A model generated the notes under the pieces. The model did no database searches. It was not told where the DNA came from and saw nothing but the letters and a program-made list of their open reading frames with translations. Shown piece after piece: positions 50,525 to 64,000 of a stretch of DNA of 64,000 bases. Each line of letters starts with the position of its first letter. Position 1 is the stretch's first letter. Position numbers and translations under genes: made by a program. The DNA lies in assembly GCF_006345805.1 (NCBI RefSeq), contig NC_043006.1:67270001-67334000 (forward strand), read 5' to 3'. The stretch comes from Octopus sinensis. Its lineage: Eukaryota.

Positions 50525-51265
50525 TCCGCCGGGCACAAAGCTCGAAATTTTTCGAGAAAGGTCCAGTCGACTACATCGACCCCAGTACACAAATGATACT
50601 TAATGTATCGACTCCGAAAGGATGAAAGGCAAAGTCGACCTTGGCGGAATTTGAACTCAGAACGTAAAGACAGACGAAATACTGCTAAGCATCTAACCCA
50701 GCATGTTAACGTTTCCGCCAGCTCGCCGCCTTAAAGTGATAGAAATATTGAATTCAATAGAGAGAGATAGAAGGTGGCAGGGAGAGAAATTTAGCTTATG
50801 AAGAAGGGTCTGTTTAGATACTTTTTACGCAACATTGGTTTTAAAGTTTGGCACAAGGCCAGCAATTTCCGGGGTGTGGGATGAGCTGAATACGTCTACT
50901 CCAGTGTCCAATTGGTACATATTTTACCAGCTTCAAAAGGATGAAATGTAAAGACGACTCCGACACAATTTGAACTCAGAACATAATGACGGACGATATG
51001 CCGGAAAGCAATTTGTCTGGTGCGATAGCGATTCAGCCAGCTTGTCGCCTCCTCCGTCAATAAATTTTGGCCCTAAAGCAGCAATTTCGGGGAAGGGCGT
51101 AAGTTGATCCTGTCGACCCCCAGTGCTCAATTGTCACTTATTTTATCAACCCCGAATGTGAGAAAAGCTAAGTCGACCTTGGCGGAATTTGAACTTAGAA
51201 CGTAATGACGGGGTGCTAAGCAGCTTGTCAGTGTACTAACGATTCTGCCAGCTCGCTGCCTTTAC
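50525..51265. mobile_element. Cluster of degenerate SINE copies
   Basis: gaaaggatgaaaggcaaagtcgaccttggcggaatttgaactcagaacg and variants at ~50615, ~50940 and ~51165. Confidence 0.8.
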
Positions 51266-51545
51266 AGTGAACATAATAATATTGATAGCAAGAGAGAAAG
51301 ATTTATTAATAGAGAGATTGTGATAGAGATAAACGAAGTGATACAGGAAAAAGTGTGAAAAGAAGAAATTAAGAGAGGAAGAGAGAAATACAAGGTGAAA
51401 GAGACAGTGAAAGGGAGAGAGAGAAAGAGGACGAAGAAAGAGAGAGAGTCAGAGAAGAGAGAGAGAACAAGAAAGACTATCTAATCAACACAAAGAGAAC
51501 GCCGTAAAAACAAAATGGACGACAACGAAGAAATACAAAGGCCGC

Positions 51546-51557
51546 CAAGATGGCGGC
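51546..51557 (+). promoter_or_regulatory. YY1-type consensus motif CAAGATGGCGGC
   Basis: Exact 12-nt match inside the inverted repeat gccgcca-aga-tggcggc; no gene identified nearby. Confidence 0.3.
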
Positions 51558-52199
51558 AATGTGCCAGAGGCCGTTCATTGTAGATTAGAAAAGAAGCAGG
51601 AAGTATTTTTGTTTTCCATGTTTGCCTCTACAACTCACCCCCATCACTTTGGTTCATCAGAGAAAAATATAGAAAAATGGATCTTTACAACTTGCAAATC
51701 ATTTATTTATTATATTATATTTATAATTTTTTATATGTTTTTTTTAATATATATATATATATGTATGAATGTGTGTACACATATATGTGCATATGTGCGC
51801 TAGTGTTCATATGTGTTTGCTATCATATGTGTGTGTGTATGTGTGTGTGTGTATATGTGTGTGGATATGTGTGTGTGTGCATAACATTTTTTGCTTAGTT
51901 TCATTTCCCTGTAATTTTATTAGTATATATTTTTTATGCATATTTGTTTTTTTTTTCTTGCTATCCAATTCACATTATAATAAATACATGAAATCAATAG
52001 TGCTAACAACATCAACGACAACAACAACAATAGCAACAACAACAACAACAACAACCTCAGCATCCAACAACAACGCCATCAACGAATTATCGTTAAGTTG
52101 AACAGTATTGTCAACAATAACAGCAACAAGGACAAAAACGTGGACCTTCTAACAGCAACAAGTTCAACCACCACAACAAGACTAATGTGAACCAAAGAG

Positions 52200-53620
52200 A
52201 GAGCCCTTATGTGGTTGCCCGTCGTGTTAGAAATAGCAGCCAAATCTCCCTCAAATCACATAATTCACACCGTCTGCTATGAGGAAAGGATAAATGCTAC
52301 GGAAAAGGCTGGCTGGTCGTAACTGGAAAGTCTTGTGATCATGGTTAGGGTCTTGCTCGGGGCTAAAGAACCACTGTAACAACTTCAAGGTTGATACGGA
52401 GAATAAATTCTAAAACGCAACAACGAGAGAAATATCAATTTTCGCCATAGCAACAGGTTTGACTGTACAGACAGCAGAAACAACAAAAACAACAACATAC
52501 AAAACAATATTAACGGCAACAACAACCACGACAACAACATCTGGAGCAACTACAGTAAAAACATTGCTTCGACAACAAAATAAAGCCCAAAATCAACAGC
52601 AGCAGCCAGACAGCTGTGACGTCACTAACAGTCACAACAATGGCAACAACAAAAATATCAACAATACACCAGAAATATGCGAGCCTCTACGTGGCTTCCA
52701 GATCTAAACCTGCTAGAAATAGCAGCCAAATTTCCTTCAGATAATTCCTAACCTTCTTAAAATGAGGAAGGACGCGAGATGTCTGATATAAAAGACAGGA
52801 TGGTCAAGGCTGGAATGCCTTTGACCGTAAGTCTGCTTATTTTGTGTTAACTAAGGACTGCAATACTACAGATTCGATGTTATTCCTCGAAATAGTAGCC
52901 AGAACTCCCTCAAATTATCCCCTGCCGTTTTAATTAAGAAGATATTGGTTAATGTAGTCCTGGTTCACTGCTCTTCGGAATAAGGAGAGGGTGGTCATGG
53001 TTGGAATGTCTTTGATCATAGATCTTCTGGATTACGGCGAACTAAAGTTCAAAAATCAATGAGGATTGACACATAAGACGCTATGACTAAGTAATAAACA
53101 ATATGATCATAGTTCTGCAGGGCCAGGGCTTCCTGTGCTAAAAAACGACCAACACTACTTGACACGTTAGATGATATACTCCAAGATATACCTTGACTGA
53201 ACAATAACCATTATGGCCATGGCTGGAACTCCTTTGATGAAAACATTGCTGGATCAGCGTTGACCTATGGCTAAACAATGACAACAACGATAGGATCATT
53301 AGATAGTGTAGTCCTAGATACACTATGTCTATGGTCATGCTTGGAACGTCTTTGATCCTAGCTCTGTCGGGTCATAAGTATTCTGACCTGCGGTTAAACA
53401 TCAATAACTGCAACTACTGAACTATTCTAAGATCAGAACTTCTAAGTGGTCTTGCTATCTGCTAGAAATAGAAGACAAAATCGTCTTTAAAATGATAATG
53501 CTTATGAACAGATGAGGTAATATAGAATCGGATTATATCGGAAAAAGATGGGATGGTCATAATTGAAACCCTTTTGATCTTAAGTCTACTTGTTGAGTAG
53601 ACCTCAGAGTCTCCATCATA
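52200..53620. repeat. Cluster of at least five decayed copies of a short interspersed repeat
   Basis: Recurrent tagaaatag.agccaaa..tccctca.at and gatggtca.ggctggaatg.ctttga.c blocks, separated by (AAC)n-like tracts. Confidence 0.7.
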
Positions 53621-53662
53621 GACGTAAGAGATAAAAACCAATATTACTAGTAGTAATACTAC

Positions 53663-53728
<66 letters not shown>

Positions 53729-54149
53729 CGGTAGTAGTAGTAGTAGTAGTAGTAGTGACAGCAGCAGCAGTAGTACTAGGAGGAGGAGGGTAGTAGTAAC
53801 AGTAATAGTAATAGTAGTAGTAGCAGCAGCAGTACCAATAGTAGTAGTAGCAGTAGTAGTAATGGTAGTGGTGGTGGTGGTAGTAGTAGTAGTAGTAGCA
53901 GTAGTAATAGTAGCAGCAATAGTAGTAGTAGCAGCTGCAACAGCAGTAGTAGTAGTAGTAAAGATATTTGTGGTAGTAGTAGTAGTAGTAGCAGTAGTAA
54001 TAGTAGTAGTAGTAGTAGCAGCTGCAACAGCAGTAGTAGTAGTAGTAGTAAAGATATTTGTGGTAGTAGTAGTAGTAGCAGTAGTAATAGTAGCAGCAAT
54101 AGTAGTAGTAGCAGCTGCAGCAGCAGTAGTAGTAATAAAGGTATTTGTG

Positions 54150-54186
<37 letters not shown>

Positions 54187-54304
54187 CAGCAGCAGCACAC
54201 AATCCCTTCCACATAAGCTAGTCCAGCTACCAATCACGGATACTAATTACATTAAGAAATAGAAGCAAACGCCGTCCCTCCTATAATCCAAGCAGTGGTG
54301 TCGG

Positions 54305-56770
54305 TCACTATCCTAACAACGCTGTCTCTTCTACGCAGTTCAGACAACTATCACAACTCACAAAACTTCTCTATCACCATCCTAACAAAACTGTCTTTTC
54401 CACATAGTCCAGACGCATCTACAACGCTTCATAACACTGCGACAATACCATAACAACACTATATATTCGACGCAGTCCAGATACATCTACAACACCTCAC
54501 AATACTACTTTAATGCTATCCACGTTGTTCAAATACATCTACAAAACCTCACAGGCCTAACTCCATCCTAACAACACTCTTCCACGTGGCCCAGACATAC
54601 GTATTCTGATCAATAAGTATCCGGACAGTTGCTATAGTAACGAAACTAAAGCACACAGAGTAAAGCCGCTTGGTGCAGATTGATCTTCAAATTTGGTCTG
54701 CATGCGCACAAAGATTTAACATTCTACCTCAATTCTGCTGTTTACAGCAATGCTTGGAAGGAAGGTGTGTAGCGTGTGATCGTCGCTTTGAACATGACAG
54801 AGAAAGGTGAGCAGAGAATCTGCATCAAATTTTGGTAAAAGCTTGGCGATACCTGCTCAGAGGACTACGCAATGTTTTCAAACAGCTTTCATCGTTCTTG
54901 ACACAATCAAGATCTTGTACAACTGAAACCCGAGTGTCTTCCTAGGCAGCTGAAAGCAATATTGGCACAAATTTGGCAGAGAAGAGTTTCATATCCAAAT
55001 CTTCAGTGATAATTGACTGAACTGAACCGTAACTAATCTGTACATCCTCTGATAACTCACGGATGTTGAGTCGACGATTTCCCTTCACAGCTACACGCAC
55101 ATCTGCAGTGTGTTTTCTCAGTTCTGCTGGTTGCGGGTCTCCCAGAGCGTTCGTCGATATCGACACTTTTTCGGCCATCTTGGAAACGTCTGAATCGCTC
55201 GTACACTTGTGTGCGGTTCATACACTCCTCTCTATACACGTTCTGCCAATTTGCGTACACCTCTGAGCAGATGTCACCATGACAACTTTCTCTGTCATGG
55301 TCAATGTGACAATCACACGCTACACACCTTCTTCTAAGCACTGCTGTAAACAGTGGAAGTGAGCTAGAACGTTAAAACTTAGTGCGCATGCACAGCAGAG
55401 TTCAAGGTCATTTTATGCTTAGCGGCTTTACTCTGCGCGCTTTAGTTTTGTTACTATGGTAACATTCCGGATACTTATTGATTAAACCTCGTATCTACAA
55501 CATCCCACAACATTACTACAATACCATCCTAATAGCATTATCTCGTCTGTGTAGTCCAGACACCACAGCAAAATTCCACAAACTACTACTACAAAACTAT
55601 ACTATACTAACTATACTAACCATCTAGACATATTTGCAAGACCCATAAATATTACTAAATTACCGTCCTTTTCCACTTTCTTCCCCACTTAGTCCGCATT
55701 CTACTGCATCACCCCAGGACGCAATTACATCTATCAAACAACATTTTCTCTCACACACAGTCCAGACATGCGCATATAAACAGTAACCTATAACGTTATT
55801 ACAACACCGTATTAACAACGCTATCTCCTCTCGTCTTAGCCCAAACCTACAACCTAAAATGCAACCATAATCCCTTTCTAAAAACCTATTTCTTTACAGT
55901 TCTGACACCTCTACAATACCGCAGAACGCAATTAATACACTTGAACGCAACACTTTTTCCATAACATCTTCCTGGTACTCCATCGTTTAATACAACAAGG
56001 GCTGGTGAAATTAACCTGCAAGTGGTTGAGTAGTCCACAGATACGCGTACCCATAATGTATTGGGTTGGTGTATAGTTAATGCGGCTTTTCCCAACAAAT
56101 TTTATTCAACAAAAAGTATAACATGTAATAAAGACATCTTTAAATGATTATTCCGGAGCATATTCACCATCTACCTCAATTACTGCTATCCATTTGCTTA
56201 GCGGACGGTCAAACTGTCATTTAAATATGTTTTTGTTAAATATTGTTATTGTGTTTTTGTTGAATAAAATTTGTTAAAAAAATGCCGCAATAATTATGCA
56301 CCAACCGAATAATTCTCAAAGGGATTCAGCATGACACAGACTGCGACATGGCTGATTCTTTGAAATACAGGTGCAATTCATTTTTGGCAGCTGAGTGGAG
56401 TGGAGCAATGAGAAATAAAGTGTGTTGCTTAATACCGGCAGGAATCGAACTCACAATCTTACGATCGTGAAGCGAATACCGTTAACCATAAACCACGCGC
56501 TTAAAACGCAACTACAATACCTTCCAATCACCCTATCTTCTTGACAGTTCAGATAGATCTACAATACTGCCGAAGGTGATTAACAACAGATCTTCCTAAC
56601 AACATTTTCTCAATGACATCTTTTTAACAACACCCCCTCTCACACACAGTCCTGATATACAAATATAGACAACATCCCAGAAAACAACTACAACACTATC
56701 CTAACAGCACTATTTGTGCCACATATCTACCACACACAAGAACATTACTAAAATACCATTAATACAACAC
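54305..56770 (+). repeat. Degenerate C/A-rich minisatellite (~60-70 bp unit) interrupted by TEs
   Basis: Recurrent ccatcctaacaacac..cagtccagaca.atctacaac motifs. Confidence 0.7.
54600..55491. mobile_element. Second copy of the double-headed mariner derivative
   Basis: TA|cgtattctgatcaataagtatccgg ... ccggatacttattgattaaacctcg|TA; same internal junction as 28971-29830; fragments MTEKGEQRICIKF and MNRTQVYERFRRFQDGRKSVDIDERSGRP. Confidence 0.88.
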
Positions 56771-56789
56771 CATCCTTCCTGCGACATAG

Positions 56790-57290
56790 GGTACTTCGGT
56801 AAGTTTACATCTGTCGAAGCTGTATTTCCAACGAGGGTGATGCAGAAGATGAAGTTAAGGCCAAGGTAGGCAACGTAACGTCAGTATTCCAATGCCTTCG
56901 TCCAATATGGAGATCGAAGATCATCAGCAAGAAGATAGAGTTGCAGATGTACCCATCTATTTTTATACCGAGAGCCATCTGTGCTTTTGAAACCTGGAAG
57001 ACCGCGAAAATCTCAATTGCAGGGTATCTTCACTCGCCGCTGAATATGATTAAACCTGGACATCTTTTACCGAGACAGGGTCAGAAACAAGGTGGTGATA
57101 AAAAGAGTAGGCATAGGAAGCTTGTAGAATATGGTGACTAAGCAGCAGATATAGTTTTCTGGCTATGGCATCCGATTACCGTTGGAGAAACATGCTACCA
57201 TCATAATGAAGTGGATGCTAGAAGGAGAATGAGACCGAGAAGACCAAGGAATATATGGCGCAATATGATCCGGGTTGACATGATACAAAC
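56790..57290 (+). pseudogene. RTE-clade LINE RT C-terminal remnant
   Basis: ISNEGDAEDEVKAKVGNVTSVFQCLRPIWRSKIISKKIELQMY..CAFETW and RPRRPRNIWRNMIRVDM. Confidence 0.75.
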
Positions 57291-57814
57291 AGTTCTTCAC
57301 ACTTCCTGTCAGATTCGTGGCGCATTGTATATCCGTAATACAATAGCTTTGTGGAGTTGTTTCTTGACATTATGTGTGTTTGAACTTTCAGCTTTTCTAG
57401 TACTGCTGCTTTCGTTACTCTCCCTTTCCAGCTTATTCTATCCAGTCTCCTAAAGAGCTACATAACAAAGGCACTTATTTTCTTTTCCATTACTCTGTAC
57501 ATTGTCCAAGTTCCTACAACTTAAGGAAAATTGGGATTATACAACAGTTTACTAGCCACAATTTTAGGTGCCATGTTATATCTTTTGGAGTGAAGATCTT
57601 ATTCATTCTTATAAATATAAGAAAAACATTTCCATTGCTCTGTACCACGTTCAAGGTTCCGGCCTGTAGAGGAGAAATGGCATAATACTGCTACAATTTC
57701 TTTGCCTCAACTTTAGACGTTACTTTCAACTGAAGATCTTTTTGATTCATCTAAACGTTGTTTGAGTCTTCTTAATTTTTGAGAAACTTCTTTGTTTTGA
57801 GTAACTTCTTTAGC

Positions 57815-57965
57815 ACAGTGTGTCTACGTCCCCGTAACGTAAAGACACCGATAGAATAAGTACTAGGCTTACAAAGAATAAGTCCTGGGGCCGATTTCTT
57901 CGGCTGATAGTCGGTGCTCCAGCATGGTCGCAGTCCAATGACTGAACCAAATAAAAGAATAAAAT
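57815..57965 (+). mobile_element. SINE 3' half with CR1-like tail
   Basis: gatagaataagtactaggcttacaaagaataagtcctgggg..cggtgctccagcatggtcgcagtccaatgactgaac. Confidence 0.8.
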
Positions 57966-58234
57966 TATATATATATATATATATATAACGGATGTTTTTC
58001 CTGTGTGCATCTGTGTGTGTGCGCGCGCATGTGCTCTTTGCGAGCGGGCATGTGTATATGTGCTATAAAAGTATCGAACCAACAATAGGCATTTTAGACT
58101 TTCGTCTTAGTAAATCAGTTTGACATTTTGTTCTACGAGTTTCTGATCGATCTCTTCCAACAGGTATCAGCAGAATTTATGTCTATTTATTAGCCTTTAT
58201 ATACCTATATGCATACACATGTATATATATATAT

Positions 58235-58307
<73 letters not shown>

Positions 58308-58314
58308 ATATATG

Positions 58315-58354
<40 letters not shown>

Positions 58355-58361
58355 CATATAG

Positions 58362-58395
<34 letters not shown>

Positions 58396-58468
58396 ATATA
58401 TATATATATTATGTATATATACATATATGTATATATAAATGATATATATATATATGTGTGTGTGTGTG

Positions 58469-58507
<39 letters not shown>

Positions 58508-58766
58508 TATATATATATTTATGTATGTATATATATACATTTGCCTACTTACAGATATACATACGCGTTCCTCGGTGCTGATTGCCGTTCGTGATAATTC
58601 TTGAAGTATTGGAAAATTACTCAATCAGACAAAAAGTTAATTGTAAATATTGACTCCGTCTCAAGTATAGAGTACGCTTCATTTTGCCCGTAATATTACG
58701 TCGCTCATAATAAAGCTTTCAATTCACACAGACGCATGTGTGTGTGTGTGCGTGTGCGTGCGTTTG

Positions 58767-58805
<39 letters not shown>

Positions 58806-58984
58806 GTGTGTGTGTGTGTGTGCGTGTGGGTGCGAGTGCGTGTGTGTGTAGAGGGTTAACTATTAAACATTAAATATACATAGGTTATCCGATATCGGAT
58901 AACTTAGGTATATATTCACACACATACATATACATATATGCATATATATATAATATGTATGCATATACATATACATATGTATAT

Positions 58985-59054
<70 letters not shown>

Positions 59055-59277
59055 ATATATATATATATGTTATACATATACACACACACAACATATATAT
59101 ATATATATAAGAGTATGTGTGTATGGGTCTCTATTAAAGATTATATGCCTCAATCCGATATATACGTGTGCATGCATTCATCCTTGCATTAACTTTCTCT
59201 GAAGTATGGCAGTCGATTTCAATGTTTATCTCTCCTTCTCTCTCACTCTTTCTCCTCTTCCTCTCACTCTTTGCCTT

Positions 59278-59308
<31 letters not shown>

Positions 59309-60299
59309 TACACATACACACACTCTCTCTCTCTCTCTCGCTCTCTCTCTCTCGCTCTCTCTCTCTCTTTCTCTCTCTCTTGCATATTCCCCTGTATTTT
59401 GTTGTAAGGTTCTCGTGGGGACCATTTTCGATTTTCCGTCATGACAACATTTCACTCTCTCTCTCTTTCTTTCCCTCTTTTTCTCTCTTCCTTTCTCTCT
59501 TCCTGTCTCTCTCTTTCTCTCTCTCTCTCTCTCACTTTCTCTCTCTCACTTTCGCCAGAATAATATCACAACGGACGCTCTTGTGCTCTACGACACAAAG
59601 TAATGGTGATGAGGCTGCTACTGCTGCTGCTGATGATGATAATGATGATGATAATGATGGTGATGATGATGATGACGACGATGAGGATGAGGATGATGAT
59701 GATGATGATGTTAATATTTATGACTATTATGATGATTTAATGGTGTAATCCATTGGTAATAATACATCTGTAGACAAATTTTCATTTCCAGGAGTCTAGA
59801 TAATCAATCATAAGACGATTGAAAGCACAAGCTTTGACTCGACTACCAGCAAGACATACGAATTGCAGTTTTGATTGTCTATAATTACTGGTATTGCATG
59901 ATGGCCTTAAAATTAGTGCTAGTGTTATTTGTTGGTGCGTGCGAGTTATTTTCCTCAGGCTTTTTAAAAAGAAAGAGGTGAAGGACTTGTAAAGTCCTTC
60001 TCCTTGTAAAGTTTATAAAATTGATGTGTTGGAACTGTAAAGGTATCGACGAGTGTATAGTGTAGCGAGTTGCAGTCAAAAGTCGACAGTGTATATGACA
60101 AACACTACTAAAAATGGACTTGGAGTGTATCACAAATGTGTTAAACCAAGGCTAGGAAAAAATTCAAGTATTAAATTAAGTCGGGTGATATGATAACGGG
60201 ATAATATTTGTGTGTGTATGAAGGTATTTATCAAAGTAATGGCATTTGGAGAAAATCTCTGATCTAACATTTACATAACGGGCAGAGATATTTGTTTCA

Positions 60300-60660
60300 A
60301 GTTTTGACACCAGGACAGCAAGTTCGGAGAAAATTATAAGTCGATTACATCGGCCCCAGTGTTTAACTGGTACTTATTTTATTGGTTCCAAAAGGATGAA
60401 AGCCAAAGTCGACTCCGGTGGAATGTGAGCTCGGGACGTAAAGATGGACGAAATACCGCGAAGCATTTCTCCTGGCATGCTAACGAGTCTGCCAGCTCGC
60501 TGCCTTAATCATTGAAATCAATGGTTTCAAATTTTTCCACAATATCAGAAACTTCAAAGAAGAGGTTAAGTTGATCACATCGACCCCAGTCGAAGACGGA
60601 CGAAATACCGCTAAGCATTTTCCCGGCGTGCTAACGATTCTGGCAGCTCGCTGCTTTGAT
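60300..60660 (-). mobile_element. Degenerate SINE copies
   Basis: aaggatgaaagccaaagtcgactccggtggaat..gacgaaataccgc.aagcattt..ctgccagctcgctgcc. Confidence 0.8.
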
Positions 60661-61218
60661 CACTGGAATGTTAAGAATGAGGGTGTTTTTCATCAAAACA
60701 TAACCCACAGATTTTATACAATTTCTTTTCGGTTTGTGTTTCTCGAAGACATTCTGGTTTATGTAGAATCCATTAATATAATGCTTCAACTTCCGGACTT
60801 GGGTGGTTTTGTTGCATTTTACTTTTCTGTATTTCTGTAGGAGGAAGTGCGATTGAAGTGTCGTCGTTACGAGGGTTCAGTTATATGCTTAAGTACACTG
60901 TGGAAGCAACACATCGGATATTCCAAGTGATTAACTTAAATGTAATAAAATCTTGAATATATATATATATATATATAAATATATATAAGTATACCTCTCT
61001 ACGTGTGTATGTATTTATGTGCACGTCACTGAATCTGCAGTATGCATGCATATTGTGTGTAAATACATAGCATGAATGAATGTGTATAAATGTGTGTATA
61101 TATATATATATAATATATATATGTGTGTATGCGTACGTAAATACATACATACAAGCATACATACATACACATATATATATATATATATATAGTATACACA
61201 TTATATTTGCATATTGTA

Positions 61219-61263
<45 letters not shown>

Positions 61264-61353
61264 TATATATAGATCTATATATATACATATGTATGTACAA
61301 TGTATTCTATAGATAGATAGTAGATAAGTAGATAGATAGATAGATAGATAGAT

Positions 61354-61406
<53 letters not shown>

Positions 61407-61849
61407 ATAGATAGATCAATATAACTCGCAACAGAGAATAAGGTAAAACTATTCGTCGAGGGAAGACAGAAAGACAGACAGATAGCTAGAAATACTGATA
61501 AATAAATATATGCACATATAAACATATCGCAAATATTAATTCTATATCAAGGATCTTATCGTTGATAATGGGTTTAAAAAGTGACAACCTGAGCTTCTGT
61601 GCAACTCAACCGTAATAAACAGTTGCAGACATTAAATTCTTTGATGCACATCCCGTAGTTAATTTTCTACGACTCTATACATTTCTCCAATATATTCCTT
61701 TATTTGGTTTTGCAGTTAGGAAAGAATAGCGTTCACTCTTATAGGTTTGCAACGAACCAATTACTACACGGGTCACACGCACATACGAAGAAACACATAC
61801 GTATGCATACATAATACACACATATATGCATGTACGTGTGTATTATTTT

Positions 61850-62225
61850 ATTCTTTCGCGTGTTCGTCATTTGAGTGCGGTCATGCTGGAGCACCGACTT
61901 TCAGTCGAACAAATCGATCTTGAGACTTATTCTTTTGTAAACCTGGTACTTATTCTGTCGGTCTGTTTATAGAACTGCTAAGTAACGGAGACGTAAACAC
62001 ACCAACATCGATTGTCAGGTGAAGTTGGGAGGGACAAGCACAGACACACAAACGTATACACACACACATATGTATAGATGGATAAGATGGGCTTCTTTCA
62101 GTTCCCGTCTACCAAATCCACTGACAAGGCTCTGGTCGACCCGAGGCTATAGTAGAAGACACTTGCTCGAGGTACCACACAGCGGGACTGAACCAGGAAG
62201 CATGTGGTTGCGAAGCAAGCTTCTT
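61850..62225 (-). mobile_element. SINE composite (CR1-like tail plus CORE-like head)
   Basis: cgtcatttgagtgcggtcatgctggagcacc; cttctttcagttcccgtctaccaaatccact..ctatagtagaagacacttgctcgaggtacc. Confidence 0.8.
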
Positions 62226-62523
62226 TATTTCATTTAATTTGCCACAAGGGCAGCACACGGAGAGAAGCTTGCGGGCTGGACACAGACATTAATGGGATGA
62301 ATGATAACGATGCAAGGATGATAAGGATGGGAGAAGATGAAAAGCGCCCGCCGACTTTCGCTTCTCTAAAACATTGTTCTTTTTTTTCCTTCTTTTTTTT
62401 AACTTCTTACCACACAGCCTATGCATACATAAGTGTGCCTATGCATGCATAAGTGTGCCTATGCATGCATAAGTAGTGCATATTGTGTGTGTTATATATT
62501 ATATGGTCAGTTCAATATATATA

Positions 62524-62587
<64 letters not shown>

Positions 62588-63693
62588 CATACATATAGAC
62601 ATATATATATATATACATATACATATTGTATATAGAGTATAATATAATATAATATGAAATAATATATATATATAGATGCATATTACATACGTATATTTAC
62701 ATACTTACATCTATACGTATATATATATCTTATATTATATATATATATATATCTAATATAATATATATATATAATATATATATATAATATATATTATATA
62801 TATATATATATATAATATGTGTGCGCAGGACGTCATGAAACGTGTACAACAAAAAGTACAAAGCACGAGTACATGGAACATGAACTATTCTTTCGAACAA
62901 CGAAAGACACAAATGGAAAACAAAACAAACATAAAGAACGACCCTTTATCAGTTGTTGGCTGTTTTTCTAGTCTCGTATTTCGAGCATTTAACAACAATA
63001 TACACTTTCGATAAAATACTTGCTTCCGCAAAGCAAACTAAATAAAAATTGGTATATTGAGTAGGGTCAGAATAGTTAACACAAACAGGACAGTAAAATC
63101 AAACAGGAAAACAAACGCGAATGCAATCATGTATGCCACACTTTAACCACTGCTTGATCAGCGCTGATCTGGACAAAACTACCGATATCAAATTTAATCT
63201 CATGCTCCATGTTTTCATAATGCAATACCTTCCTCACACATACGCCCGGAGAAACATATATATGTACACAAACATTCATCAACGCACTTCCAACACAACC
63301 ACATACACATATAAACACACACCTATCCATCGATGAAAAGCGCCCGCCGACTTACGCTTCTCTAAAGATAAGATCCTTGATATAGAATAAATATTTGCGA
63401 TATGTTTATATGTGCATATATTTATTTATCAGTATTTCTAGCTATCCGTCTGTCTGTCTGTCTTTCTGTCTTTCCCTCGACGAATAGTTTTACCTTATTC
63501 TCAGTGCGAGTGTACATTGATCTATCTATCTATCTATCTATCTATCTATAACTTTGGATATGTTTGAAAATAACTGTAACCAATATCTCCGCCCGTTATG
63601 TAAATGTAAGATCAGAGGTTTTCTCCAAATGCCATTACTTTGATAAATAACCTTCATACACACACAAATATTATCCCGTTATATGTATATATC

Positions 63694-63753
<60 letters not shown>

Positions 63754-64000
63754 ATAATACACTTATTAATATAATGTGTATATGTATGTATGTTTGTATG
63801 TATGTATGTATGCATGTGTGTATATGTATATGTGTATGTGCGTGTGTATGAAAGAAATCATATAAAAGCATATTGTAATATCTATATATATCCTTGTTTC
63901 TTTGGATATGTTTGAAAATAACTGTAACTATGGTTGTGCACGTGCACAAATTTTGCTCTAGTTCCACATGGATGGCGGATAACGGTGAGATAAACTTCCT

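Noticed and set aside
53462-54237. Overlapping 119-250-aa ORFs with ~90-bp internal repeats
   Set aside because: (AGT)n-derived minisatellite whose unit lengths are multiples of three; not evidence of coding.
62410-62470. Short local tandem duplications (20-bp x3 here; also 2418-2462, 43040-43100, 41650-41745)
   Set aside because: Ordinary slippage products with no further structure.

Overview
AT-rich, repeat-saturated eukaryotic DNA. It is most likely an octopus genome (inference from the SINE families, the (TA)n/(TAGA)n/(CA)n load and the retroelement types). There is no confident host protein-coding gene, rRNA, genuine tRNA or CRISPR array, and most ORF-track entries are microsatellite artefacts. 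Recognisable elements: two CR1/L2-like LINE copies, an RTE remnant, four Penelope-like element (PLE) ORF remnants, a near-complete IR/DR-type Tc1 (DD34E), double-headed mariner derivatives, a non-autonomous Helitron, a Helentron/DINE-1-like element, MITEs and many tRNA-derived SINEs, often in tandem. The main signal not explained by the ORF track is at least 13 minimal type-I hammerhead ribozyme (HHR) motifs, read by eye. Most lie in short PLE-type tails next to (TA)n, and several are in inverted duplications. Four copies from three sequence families carry a compensatory U3:A8 core instead of C3:G8, and families differ in their palindromic helix-III sequence. PLE hammerheads are a known class; what may be new is the diversity, the U3:A8 lineages and a possible family-specific dimerisation code. 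All alignments and folds were done by eye, and coordinates of degenerate repeats are approximate.
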